Virus record (IMG/VR): IMGVR_UViG_2778261460_000003
Direction: 5' to 3' (one strand)
Length of the DNA: 35,738 nucleotides
From: a virus
Taxonomy: Duplodnaviria > Heunggongvirae > Uroviricota > Caudoviricetes
Shown piece by piece: positions 27,760-35,738 of the stretch. Both the position numbers and the translations under genes were made by a program. Within the stretch, counting starts at the first letter, position 1. The number at the start of each line of letters is the position of its first letter. The notes beneath the pieces were generated by a model. That model saw only the letters and a program-made list of their open reading frames with translations. It did no database searches and was not told where the DNA came from.

Positions 27760-27791
27760 GAACGGGGTGCATAGTGATTTGCACCCCGTTC
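27760..27791. other. Strong GC-rich hairpin (12-bp perfect stem) between the ParR-like and ATPase genes
   Basis: GAACGGGGTGCA-tagtgatt-TGCACCCCGTTC, followed by TTTATGTTAT on the plus strand. Confidence 0.5.
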
Positions 27792-27833
27792 TTTATGTTA
27801 TGGGATTGGTGGCAGGGCGAATACGCCCTGATG

Positions 27834-28145
27834 TTATTCAGGAAATAACGCCCGGATATTTCCGGCCATCTGACTGGTTATCTGTGCGGTTGATACTGGC
27901 TGTGACGCGGGGCGTTCTGTCCTGGTTTGTGTCACTGATAACACCTCATCATCAGCCCATGCAGCCAGTCGGTAAGCCTCTGCCGGATTCATTTTCAGAA
28001 GTGCCAGCCCGGCCAGAAAAGCCACGCGTTGGCCGCTTTTGCGGGCTTCTGGTGTAAGGCTGTCCAGCCAGGCGCATGCTTCTCCTTCGTTCTTGACGGC
28101 GGTGGGCTTCAGATAGAAACTTATCCGTCTGGTTGGAGTCGTCAT
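27834..28145 (-). CDS. parR: ParR-like centromere-binding adaptor protein
   Basis: RRISFYLKP...LDSLTPEARKSGQRVAFLAGLAL...RALFPE parallels my recollection of R1 ParR (RRTIAFKLNP...LDSIPQGERS...ALTAGLAL...RSLFPKE); directly downstream of the ParM-like gene. Confidence 0.6.
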   Translation of the reverse strand: MTTPTRRISFYLKPTAVKNEGEACAWLDSLTPEARKSGQRVAFLAGLALLKMNPAEAYRLAAWADDEVLSVTQTRTERPASQPVSTAQITSQMAGNIRALFPE

Positions 28146-28149
28146 TGGT

Positions 28150-29109
28150 TTACTCCTTGTCCATTGCGTACAGCCCATTAACCAGAGCAAACTGTGGCAC
28201 CCCGTCCGCGATGAAAGTCGCATTAACTCCGCAGGCTTCGCGGATAGCGGGTGCCACAATCTCCGCCCCTCCACCGACAACCATCACCCGCCCGTAACCC
28301 GAAAAAACCGCCAGCGCGCGGATCACGCGTTGTTTCAGTGTTTCTTCCTTTTCACGAATAACCGCCATCAGGCTGGCGTAATGCGCGTCATTGTGGATGT
28401 GCTGGCGCAGCCAGGCTTCATCATGGCGATGTTCGATAATGGTATTGGCGATGTGGTGACTGGTGCGCATACCGTTAGTGGCCATCACCGACAGTACTGC
28501 ATCGGCCATCAGAGAAACGCCTACGTGTGGATCGCAAAACACCTGGCTGATACCTGCCAGTTGCCCCTGAACCTTTGCCACATCCAGCGTGGTTCCGCCC
28601 AAATCCACAATCAGCAGGGATTCAAACGGACTCATGTCAGCCAGTGCCTTAAAGCCAGCCGGAATGGATTCAGGCATAACCCGCACGTTACGGATAGTGA
28701 ATGCCTCACCGTTCTGGTACTCCACCGGGCGCATAACGTTCGCTTTTTTGCGGTTGATGTTGGCCATGTCCGGCTGGGCGTTAGTGTCGAAATATTCGCT
28801 CAGTGGCAGGGTGACAACCACATCCACTTCCTGTGGCGTGATGCCTGATTTGACCAGCGCGTGATGAATGGCAATGACATTCACATCGCTGTACTGGTAT
28901 TGCGTGTCGGTCGTCTGGACAAAGCGATCGCTGACCGGATCAAAACCATAGCGCACGCCATCAAGCATGTAGTTCGCAGGCTGCGAGCCACCGAACGGCG
29001 CAGACCATTCCGACTTGAAGCTGTTCGGGCTGATGGCGTTGCGGCGTTCGCCGTTTTCAGTCCATGCCAGCTTGATGTTGGTGGAGCCGTCGTCGATACA
29101 AATTTTCAT
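28150..29109 (-). CDS. parM: ParM/StbA-like actin-fold segregation ATPase
   Basis: N-terminus MKICIDDGSTNIKLAW...ISPNSFKSEW...YSDVNVIAIHHAL closely parallels ParM of plasmid R1 (MLVFIDDGSTNIKLQW...) as I recall it. Confidence 0.75.
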   Translation of the reverse strand: MKICIDDGSTNIKLAWTENGERRNAISPNSFKSEWSAPFGGSQPANYMLDGVRYGFDPVSDRFVQTTDTQYQYSDVNVIAIHHALVKSGITPQEVDVVVTLPLSEYFDTNAQPDMANINRKKANVMRPVEYQNGEAFTIRNVRVMPESIPAGFKALADMSPFESLLIVDLGGTTLDVAKVQGQLAGISQVFCDPHVGVSLMADAVLSVMATNGMRTSHHIANTIIEHRHDEAWLRQHIHNDAHYASLMAVIREKEETLKQRVIRALAVFSGYGRVMVVGGGAEIVAPAIREACGVNATFIADGVPQFALVNGLYAMDKE

Positions 29110-29140
29110 GTCGATTTTCCTTATGTTGGTTAATTAACCG

Positions 29141-29252
29141 TTTACGGGATTTTTAAATCCCGCTTTCGCCTGTTTTGTGCGCGCTTCATATATCGCGGCG
29201 TGTTTTTTGCTCATTTGCGGGATTTGTGAATCCCGTTTCTGTCTGTTTTTTG
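29141..29252. repeat. Two approx. 38-bp direct repeats, each with a CGGGATTT-N-AATCCCG palindrome (candidate ParR-binding / parC-like sites)
   Basis: 29141-29179 and 29214-29252 share about 31 of 38 positions, 73 bp apart; one lies between A and parM, the other inside the 3' end of A. Confidence 0.4.
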
Positions 29253-32053
29253 TTGCCACTGGTCAGGCTACCCCGCAGCAGGTCTGCTTTGCGGCGGGCG
29301 CGTTCAGTGGTTTCACTGATTCTCTGTGCGTGCTCTGCGTCACGAATGGCGCGCAGCATGTCAGAAAGCACGGTAACGGGTGTTTTCATGGTGTTCTGGT
29401 CCTGCTGAAGTGTGGATGCCAGGCGTGCGGCGGCTTCGGGGTCTGATGCCCCGAGCTGTGCCAGATAGCTGGCGACCGGGTTATGGCGGATCTCCGTGCT
29501 GCTTACGCCGTGATTACGGCTCAGGCGCTGCCAGAGCTGCGTGATTCGGCTGTCCGGGCGGGTATCCGGTTTGCGTACAATTTCAAATCCCTGCGGTGCA
29601 ATGATGCTGCCGTCAACGTACAGGCTGCCGCCCCGTAACAGGTGCTGCATCTGCTGTTCACCGATATGCAGGCCGAGAGATTCGGCAGACTCCCGCCATT
29701 CTTTAGCGAGTAATTCGTGGTTATCAGGCAAAGGCTGTGGCTGTTTGCGGCTCTGTGTCCAGTTCTGCATTTCATCACTGCTGTTTTTGGCCTGTTTGTC
29801 ACGCAGCGAACGCATCAGTGCCCGGCGTTCGTGCCGTTTCAGTGAGCGCATCCATTCATTCACTTCAATGCCGTCAGGGAGCTGCGGCCACGGTGCTGGC
29901 CGTTCTTCCGGCTGTTCTGTCCCGTTGTTGTCCGTTTCCTGTACACGGGGACAGTTATTGCCACGAGTCCAAGGGGCGGCAGGGCCGCCCTGAAGGTCAA
30001 AACCATTTTCGCGGGTGCTGTCCTCCGCTTCCGGTTTACGTCTTACCAGCTTCCAGTTATCCGGATGCGTGCACACACGGGAGGATTCCCCGATGAATGG
30101 CGACCAGATCCCGTAAATCTGTACACTCTGTTCGCCGTAATCGTTCAGCTCATCTGCGAGGTCGTAGGCTGTGCGAATCAGGTAGTCCTTGCGCGGAACA
30201 AGTACGCCACCCTGTTTTTCAATGTAGGTGGCAAAACACCCGGCATCAGCGGCAGCAAGAACCGCATCCATTGCGTCATCCTTCAGCCGTTGCGGGCCTT
30301 CCGGGTTGCGTGCCATCTGGCTGGCAAGGCGGCGGAGTTCACGCCACACCTGACGGGAGGGGATGCCAAAGAACTGGAACTGGCGGACCCGGTGAAGGCG
30401 CGCCCAGCCGATGGCGCGCTCCACGCTCTCGGCCATTGATTTACCTGTTTCGTGGTCAACGCGTGGCTTGCCCGTTTTCGGGTCGATGCCATCCACGGCG
30501 CGGCTGTCCAGGTTCTTTCCGATGTAGGTGGCGATGTAGCTGGTTGGCGTGCCTTTTGAGCCGTCGACGTACTCCGCCTTAAAGCGTGGGGTAATATCAT
30601 CACCCAGCTCGTGACGATCTTCCTGAATGGCAATATCGCGGGTGTGGGACACAATGGTGTCGATTTCTTCCGGATGAGCAAAGACCATCATATGCCAGTG
30701 CACGGTGCCGTCATGGTGAGGCTCTACCGTGCGGATGCCATACCAGCGCAGGCCGTCGCGGTTCAGTTTCTTGCGGACCGCTGCAAAAAACGTGTTAACC
30801 AGGTAATCGCTGGAGTCGCGCATGGTGGCCCCGTTCCATTTGGGATTCGGATGACCGTTCTCTGTTGTGGCGTGGTATTTTGACGGGCAGGTGACAGTCA
30901 GAAACACCGCTTTGTCGCCACGGGCTTCGGCCAGAAGTTCCAGCCCCTTCATGGTGGCCATCATTTCTGCCTTACGGTGAACCGGGTTACTTACTCCCGC
31001 GTAATACACTGTCTCGAGAGCAATCGTGAATCCGTCTTCGTTTTCCAGCATGAAACTTTTCAGGAAATCGCGTGTTTTCTCGCGCTGCGCGCGAAACTCG
31101 CTTAATGCGTCCTGACTCAGATAGGGCGATGTTTTTCTGGAAACCAGACAGGCGGCGCGGAGTTGTTCTTCCCGCCACTCGCAACGTAACAGCCACAGTT
31201 TGCGTTTCCACCATTCCGCACAGGTCAGGCGAAGGATTGCGCCCGGCAGCAGCTCCGTGTCCGGTTCGTTCCTCCGGTCTTTGTCTGTTGTCAGTGCGTC
31301 ATAATGTGGAGGCATGGCGTGCAGGTGTAACGCCATGCGGGCCAGCATCTGATACGCCTTCAGCGTTACATCCATGGTCAGCTCGCCATCAGTCGCGCCA
31401 AAGCTATCGCAGAGTTTTTCGAAGGTGCTGCTGAACATCGCCGCCGTCATGGTGGCCAGCGTCTGTATCTGGTGTTTGTTGAGCTGCGGCAGGTAAAGCA
31501 AATCGTCCAGGCGTTCGCGTCCGGTAAGGGAGCGATAACCCGGTGTCAGCCAGCGGTGATCGGTGCGTTCCAGGCGTTCGAATATTTTGCGCAGGTTTCC
31601 GCGCGCGTAGCGTTCAGCCTGCCAGCTCTTTTTGCCTTTCTGACGATCGGATTCCTGTTTTTTGCGCAGGAAAGAGAGGTGGCGGCTCAGAGGTTCACGC
31701 AGATAAACGGGAAGCACTTTCAGTGTGGCAAAAGCACGGGCCACCGGGTCTTGTTCTGTTGCCTGACGCTTGCTGATGATGCTTTGTGCCAGCTTTTCAC
31801 GCTGTCCGGCTTCCTCAAGGGATGCCATGAGTTTTTTACCCACGGTGGATTGTGCGAAAAATGCTTCCTCCTTCGCTTCCTGTTCTTCCAGGGCCTTTTT
31901 GTCTGCCTCAAGGTAGTAACGGATGGCGCGTTGCAGGTCGGTTTCAGTTTCCTGCCTGTGCTCCGTAAATCTGGCCGGATCAATGGCTGGTCGTGGTTCA
32001 TTCCAGCTCCATGCAAACTCACTCATGGCTGGTATCCCGTCACGCGCTGCCAC
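29186..32053 (-). CDS. A: Replication initiation endonuclease gpA (rolling-circle HUH family)
   Basis: HWHMMVF (HUH-like) and TSYIATYIGK (Y-x3-Y twin-tyrosine) motifs as in P2 A; start codon uncertain (32053 or 32026). Confidence 0.85.
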   Translation of the reverse strand: MAARDGIPAMSEFAWSWNEPRPAIDPARFTEHRQETETDLQRAIRYYLEADKKALEEQEAKEEAFFAQSTVGKKLMASLEEAGQREKLAQSIISKRQATEQDPVARAFATLKVLPVYLREPLSRHLSFLRKKQESDRQKGKKSWQAERYARGNLRKIFERLERTDHRWLTPGYRSLTGRERLDDLLYLPQLNKHQIQTLATMTAAMFSSTFEKLCDSFGATDGELTMDVTLKAYQMLARMALHLHAMPPHYDALTTDKDRRNEPDTELLPGAILRLTCAEWWKRKLWLLRCEWREEQLRAACLVSRKTSPYLSQDALSEFRAQREKTRDFLKSFMLENEDGFTIALETVYYAGVSNPVHRKAEMMATMKGLELLAEARGDKAVFLTVTCPSKYHATTENGHPNPKWNGATMRDSSDYLVNTFFAAVRKKLNRDGLRWYGIRTVEPHHDGTVHWHMMVFAHPEEIDTIVSHTRDIAIQEDRHELGDDITPRFKAEYVDGSKGTPTSYIATYIGKNLDSRAVDGIDPKTGKPRVDHETGKSMAESVERAIGWARLHRVRQFQFFGIPSRQVWRELRRLASQMARNPEGPQRLKDDAMDAVLAAADAGCFATYIEKQGGVLVPRKDYLIRTAYDLADELNDYGEQSVQIYGIWSPFIGESSRVCTHPDNWKLVRRKPEAEDSTRENGFDLQGGPAAPWTRGNNCPRVQETDNNGTEQPEERPAPWPQLPDGIEVNEWMRSLKRHERRALMRSLRDKQAKNSSDEMQNWTQSRKQPQPLPDNHELLAKEWRESAESLGLHIGEQQMQHLLRGGSLYVDGSIIAPQGFEIVRKPDTRPDSRITQLWQRLSRNHGVSSTEIRHNPVASYLAQLGASDPEAAARLASTLQQDQNTMKTPVTVLSDMLRAIRDAEHAQRISETTERARRKADLLRGSLTSGNKKQTETGFTNPANEQKTRRDI

Positions 32054-32412
32054 TCCTGCAAGAAGATGGTGGAAAGGCGGTTAAATTCAGCGGTGTATTC
32101 ACTCAGCGAGACACACCCGCCAGCAGTGCGATGCGCCAGCATTGCCGCAAATACGGAGGCCGGGGAGTCGTAATACGCCAGCAGTGATTCGCCGTGCGGT
32201 GTCAGGCAGTGCAACGCCAGTCCGTGTGGTGTGAAGTCCACGCGGTAGCAGTCGTCTACTGTGAAATAAAGGGTATCCACATTCTCCGGTTTTGTGGTGC
32301 GTGTTCTGTTGTCACGACCACGAATGTAGAGATCAAATAATCCCCGAAGAATGGGAGCCAGACGGGTGTCCTGTGTGCGCACCCATCTTGTGAAGTCATG
32401 AGCGTCAATCAT
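32023..32412 (-). CDS. Hypothetical early-region protein
   Basis: ORF in the early operon just upstream of A; function not recognised. Confidence 0.5.
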   Translation of the reverse strand: MIDAHDFTRWVRTQDTRLAPILRGLFDLYIRGRDNRTRTTKPENVDTLYFTVDDCYRVDFTPHGLALHCLTPHGESLLAYYDSPASVFAAMLAHRTAGGCVSLSEYTAEFNRLSTIFLQEWQRVTGYQP

Positions 32413-32520
32413 GCTGCAATTCTCTCTACTAAGGATGTGCGAAGGCTTCCTGCCAAAAAACTCAGAAGCGGTCGGTTACAGAAATTGGCGTTCTACGAGT
32501 AGTTATTGCTGGCTTGAGGT

Positions 32521-32739
32521 TCATTTCTGTTTAATTCCGTGCATGCTGTAGAAGAAATCAAAAGTGTTATCTATGCGTATAATGAGCTCACGCTGCATCG
32601 CTTCTGGTGTTTCTGGTTCACCTAGTGAGCCAACTCCCGCGAAGAAATCACCGATCTCGCTTTGAATAAGTGCCTTTAGCGTTGCTGAGGAATTCAGGTG
32701 TGTGCGGTGATGTCTGCGAGTGATTCTTCTCCTGCTCAT
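32521..32739 (-). CDS. Hypothetical early-region protein
   Basis: ORF in the early operon; ATGA overlap with the upstream gene. Confidence 0.45.
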   Translation of the reverse strand: MSRRRITRRHHRTHLNSSATLKALIQSEIGDFFAGVGSLGEPETPEAMQRELIIRIDNTFDFFYSMHGIKQK

Positions 32740-32939
32740 TTGCGTGGATCCTGTACCTGTCGGATAAGATTCACCCGCGCCACATTAGTGGCGCAGAAGT
32801 AAGTACCGTCAGTGAGATAGATGTGGTGTGCATCCTTTTCTGAGCGGTGTTTGTCGATTGTGGTAATCAGGCGTTCGTCGACTTCGTATTCACGTCCTCT
32901 GGAAGTGAAACGAACGACAGGAAAATGCTTAATTGCCAT
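32736..32939 (-). CDS. Hypothetical early-region protein
   Basis: AGGAGG RBS 4 nt upstream of the ATG. Confidence 0.5.
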   Translation of the reverse strand: MAIKHFPVVRFTSRGREYEVDERLITTIDKHRSEKDAHHIYLTDGTYFCATNVARVNLIRQVQDPRK

Positions 32940-33026
32940 TACGCCTCCTGGGCGTGTGCGAATACCTCCGCGAATGCGGATTGTTTTTACATTTTCTTAT
33001 TTAACCTAGGGTTTTTATTTGCGCTG

Positions 33027-33140
33027 TTATTCGCCAGTGAAAATGCGTTCAATCTTTTTTACTGAATGAATAATTTGCATAATCCCAATGGCGCAGACCA
33101 CCGAAATAATCAGGACAAGCCATGAGATAAATATACTCAT
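33027..33140 (-). CDS. Putative 37-aa hydrophobic peptide (MSIFISWLVLIISVVCAIGIMQIIHSVKKIERIFTGE)
   Basis: Not in the ORF track; ATG overlaps the stop of the upstream gene (ATGA); predicted single TM helix. Confidence 0.3.
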   Translation of the reverse strand: MSIFISWLVLIISVVCAIGIMQIIHSVKKIERIFTGE

Positions 33141-33379
33141 GCAATATTCCCCAGCTTATACGGTTCAATATGCTCCCCGCATTCTGCGGCACAGATCAGC
33201 TCGGAAAGTTCGTTAAGTGCATCCAGATCATCAGCGTAAAAAGCCACGTCATACAGACTCCGGATTGCCCTGGTCAATGAGTCACGGGCTGCACGTTCAG
33301 CATGAGCACCTGATGCACTTAAGCGAAAATAAAAACGCTCAAGTGCTTTGTTAATGAGAGTTTTATATTCTTTGCCCAT
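33137..33379 (-). CDS. Hypothetical early-region protein
   Basis: ORF in the co-directional early operon. Confidence 0.45.
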   Translation of the reverse strand: MGKEYKTLINKALERFYFRLSASGAHAERAARDSLTRAIRSLYDVAFYADDLDALNELSELICAAECGEHIEPYKLGNIA

Positions 33380-33390
33380 CGCAACGCCCT

Positions 33391-33669
33391 TTAATCTGCT
33401 TTCTGAATTTCAGCTTCTGAATCCATACAAATAATTTCGATATAGGGTTCATCGCCATTAATCTTACGTGCTTTTTCAGCTTCGCTAATGATTCCGTGTA
33501 CAGTCTGGTACGGAAGTTCTACGGTCAGGCGCGTGCCGTTCAGATAAACGTAAGTAGCTGCATTTTTTTCTGATGGGACAACTCCATCAATAGCTGATGC
33601 GCGCAATAACAGTTCACCGCGAAAATCAATAAAACGGATAAATACACCTTGTGCATGCTCTTTGGTCAT
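33391..33669 (-). CDS. Hypothetical early-region protein (start at MTKEHAQ)
   Basis: Internal start chosen to avoid overlap with the upstream gene; AGGTG RBS. Confidence 0.45.
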   Translation of the reverse strand: MTKEHAQGVFIRFIDFRGELLLRASAIDGVVPSEKNAATYVYLNGTRLTVELPYQTVHGIISEAEKARKINGDEPYIEIICMDSEAEIQKAD

Positions 33670-33679
33670 AACGCACCTG

Positions 33680-34018
33680 TTATAAATCAGTCTGTTTAAT
33701 AAAACTTTGCCCGCGAAGCAGACGATCAACCGTGCGAAGTGCTTCGTACAATGTGAAATCCTGTCCAAACTGAGTGTCGCCGTTGCTCAGAGCAAAAATG
33801 CGGTTTCCGGTAAATGGGTTGCGTTGGCATCTGTGAACCACGATTCCAGCTTTTTCAATCAGCCAGGTGTGTTCGCCAATTTGTTTTACTGTATGGCCAT
33901 CTGGCGTTGCGTGCGTCTCGCTCAGGCTGTAGCGGATGTTGCTGCGTGATGCGCTGGTAGCGAAACGGTTAGCTTGGCGTTCCGTTTCGGTGCGAAAATT
34001 ACGGCGTTGCTTCAGCAT
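33680..34018 (-). CDS. Hypothetical early-region protein (occupies the position of P2 B)
   Basis: Second gene of the early operon; identity not confirmed. Confidence 0.45.
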   Translation of the reverse strand: MLKQRRNFRTETERQANRFATSASRSNIRYSLSETHATPDGHTVKQIGEHTWLIEKAGIVVHRCQRNPFTGNRIFALSNGDTQFGQDFTLYEALRTVDRLLRGQSFIKQTDL

Positions 34019-34032
34019 AAAATGACACCTCG

Positions 34033-34311
34033 TTATTTTGTCATCTGCACGTATTTCTCTGCGTTTCTGATGGTTTTCAGGAAAATTGCGAAGAGATTTA
34101 CTGTACGTTTTGAGTTTTTTTCTTCTTGGTTGATGGGAAGGGCTGCTCTGTCAGCCTGCCTTTTCACTGCATTAACAGTTTGATTGGTACGCTTCGCGTA
34201 ATCTTTCAGGCTTTCTTCGAGTACCGGTAATCCATGCTCATCGCGGTATGGGTAGAACGCCGCCAAACGCTCAAAATCCGCTTGCTCGTATGTGTTCAAG
34301 AGCTTTGTCAT
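34033..34311 (-). CDS. First early-operon gene at the Cox/Apl position (putative excisionase/regulator)
   Basis: 92 aa, divergent from C, same size as P2 Cox, but the sequence is not recognisably P2 Cox. Confidence 0.4.
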   Translation of the reverse strand: MTKLLNTYEQADFERLAAFYPYRDEHGLPVLEESLKDYAKRTNQTVNAVKRQADRAALPINQEEKNSKRTVNLFAIFLKTIRNAEKYVQMTK

Positions 34312-34402
34312 GATGTGATAACCTGTTCAGTCTGTGGTTATTTGTTGCTAAAAGTCGTCTCTAGGCGACTTTTAGGGTTAATTTAGTCGTCTGGAGACCA
34401 CC
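34312..34402. promoter_or_regulatory. Lysis-lysogeny switch region with divergent promoters and operator repeats
   Basis: Direct repeats AGTCGTCT at 34353-34360 and 34385-34392; palindrome AAAAGTCG-N8-CGACTTTT at 34350-34373. Confidence 0.4.
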
Positions 34403-34714
34403 ATGTCAAGTGGGTACGAAAAAAAACTGAAAGAGATACGGAAAAGTGAAGGGTTAACTCAAGCTGAGTTTGCAGATGTTACTGGGATAAATCTCGGAAC
34501 TATAAAGAATTATGAGAGCGGTAAAAGAGAGGTTGGTTTAAGCGTTGTTGATCGCGTAATTAATTCTAAGGATTTCGAAAAATACACTATATGGCTTATG
34601 ACGGGAAAAACAAATGAGGCTGCTGGGCAGATCAGTCCCTCTCTCTCCCCTGATGGGCCAGAAAACACATCGTCTTCTCAAAAATCCCGCAAGACTGGTA
34701 CACAGCCCGGCTAA
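34403..34714 (+). CDS. C: Immunity repressor C (XRE-type HTH)
   Basis: LTQAEFADVTGINLGTIKNYESGKR HTH; about 100 aa; upstream of int and divergent from the early operon, as P2 C. Confidence 0.8.
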   Translation: MSSGYEKKLKEIRKSEGLTQAEFADVTGINLGTIKNYESGKREVGLSVVDRVINSKDFEKYTIWLMTGKTNEAAGQISPSLSPDGPENTSSSQKSRKTGTQPG

Positions 34715-34763
34715 TCATGGAACGCTGGGGGCATGGTGGTCTTGTAACGCTGGGGTTTCACGA

Positions 34764-35738
34764 ATGAGCATAAAATCAATTCCGGGAGGGTATCTTCTTG
34801 ACATGCGCCCTGAGGGGCGTAAAGGCAAACGCATTCGCAAAAAATTTAAAACGAAATCGGATGCAGTTTTATATGAGCGGTGGGTGCTGGCGCAACAGCA
34901 TAACAATGAGTGGAAAGGAAACTCCATTGATCGCCGTCCGCTGTCGGTGCTTATTGACTTGTGGTGGAAATACCACGGCCAGCTAATGAAGTCAGGGCAT
35001 AACACGCGCCTTAAATTGCTGCGCTTGAGTGAGGCAATGGATGACCCGTGTGTGCATAAACTTAATACAACGATGCTCACCGAGCTACGTGTGTCCAGGA
35101 TAGAGCAGGGGATACAGCCCAGCACCATTAATCGAGAGATTGGGGCGTTAAGCGCGATGTTTACCGCACTCATCTCATCCGGCCATTTTCTTAACGATAA
35201 CCCCGTTCAAGGCCTTAAAGGAATGAAGGTTAACGAGCGCGAAATGGGATATCTGAGTAAGTCTGAATGTGTTCAGTTGCTGGATGCACTGGCTGAAAAT
35301 CCCGATGAACGGCTGGCTGTCGAAATCCTTCTGTCGACCGGGGCGCGATGGGGCGAGGTAGCGGCACTGGAGCAGCGCCGTGTTCTTCATTGTCGAATCA
35401 CTTTTTCAAAAACGAAGAACAGCAAAAACCGTACCGTTCCTATTTCTGAAAGCCTGTTTGAAAAGATCAAAAAACGGGGCGGGAAACTGGTGTTTCCGAC
35501 GCTGGATTATCCATTGGTTCGCGATGTCATCAAAACGGTCGCACCTGATGTTCCTGACGGCCAGGCTGTTCATGCGCTGCGCCACACCTTCGCCAGTCAT
35601 TTCATGATGAACGGCGGCAATATTCTGACGCTCCAGAAAATTCTGGGGCACGCAAAGATTCAGACAACGATGATTTATGCCCATCTTGCGCCGGATTACT
35701 TGCAGGATGCGGTGAGATTTAATCCTATTGCTGGGTAA
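34764..35738 (+). CDS. int: Tyrosine integrase
   Basis: C-terminal HALRHTFASHFMMNGGNILTLQKILGHAKIQTTMIYAHL (R..H..Y catalytic motifs); start chosen at MSIKSIPGG; stop at the window end. Confidence 0.85.
   Translation: MSIKSIPGGYLLDMRPEGRKGKRIRKKFKTKSDAVLYERWVLAQQHNNEWKGNSIDRRPLSVLIDLWWKYHGQLMKSGHNTRLKLLRLSEAMDDPCVHKLNTTMLTELRVSRIEQGIQPSTINREIGALSAMFTALISSGHFLNDNPVQGLKGMKVNEREMGYLSKSECVQLLDALAENPDERLAVEILLSTGARWGEVAALEQRRVLHCRITFSKTKNSKNRTVPISESLFEKIKKRGGKLVFPTLDYPLVRDVIKTVAPDVPDGQAVHALRHTFASHFMMNGGNILTLQKILGHAKIQTTMIYAHLAPDYLQDAVRFNPIAG

Larger units (their letters stand above)
330..35738. mobile_element. P2-like (Peduovirus-type) prophage, near complete; ogr/attR side at left, integrase at right edge
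   Basis: Contiguous P2-type gene set recognised from translations: ogr, D, FI, FII, E/E', T, U, H, G, I, J, W, V, S, R, lysis genes, X, L, M, N, O, P, Q, A, C, int. Exact att sites not identified. Confidence 0.85.

Noticed and set aside
29177-31434. Plus-strand ORFs overlapping gene A (29177..29446, 29541..29993, 30097..30582 and others)
   Set aside because: Antisense to the replication gene with HUH and twin-tyrosine motifs; Cys/Arg-rich, no start context.
1-35738. CRISPR arrays, tRNA or rRNA genes
   Set aside because: No regularly spaced direct repeats with unique spacers and no tRNA- or rRNA-like sequence noticed by eye; a covariance-model scan would be needed to exclude small RNAs.

Overview
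Almost the whole window (about 330 to 35738) is one P2-like temperate prophage, oriented opposite to the usual P2 map. All calls come from reading the six-frame translations and the DNA by eye and from remembered family motifs; no database search, alignment or folding was run. From left to right: a Hok/Gef-like toxin ORF at the left edge (1-141, not in the ORF track), ogr (332-592), an AT-rich cargo gene with a serine-protease-like triad (769-1593), tail gene D, the sheath-tube-E/E'-tape measure-U block (3065-8650), a Pin/Gin-family invertase with an invertible tail-fibre segment (8677-11266), baseplate and tail-completion genes, a lysis cassette, capsid and terminase genes (L M N O, P Q), a cos-region intergenic interval, an AT-rich AAA+ ATPase plus S8 subtilase operon (24172-27455), a ParM/ParR-like partition module (27834-29109), replication gene A, small early ORFs, the C repressor and the integrase at the right edge. 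The most interesting candidates for an undescribed or accessory system are the single AT-rich protease-like gene between ogr and D, and the cargo between gene A and cos (ATPase/subtilase pair plus ParMR-like module). Also notable: the FI-to-U tail block lies in the opposite orientation to D and the baseplate genes, unlike P2 gene order as I recall it. No rRNA, tRNA or CRISPR array was seen.
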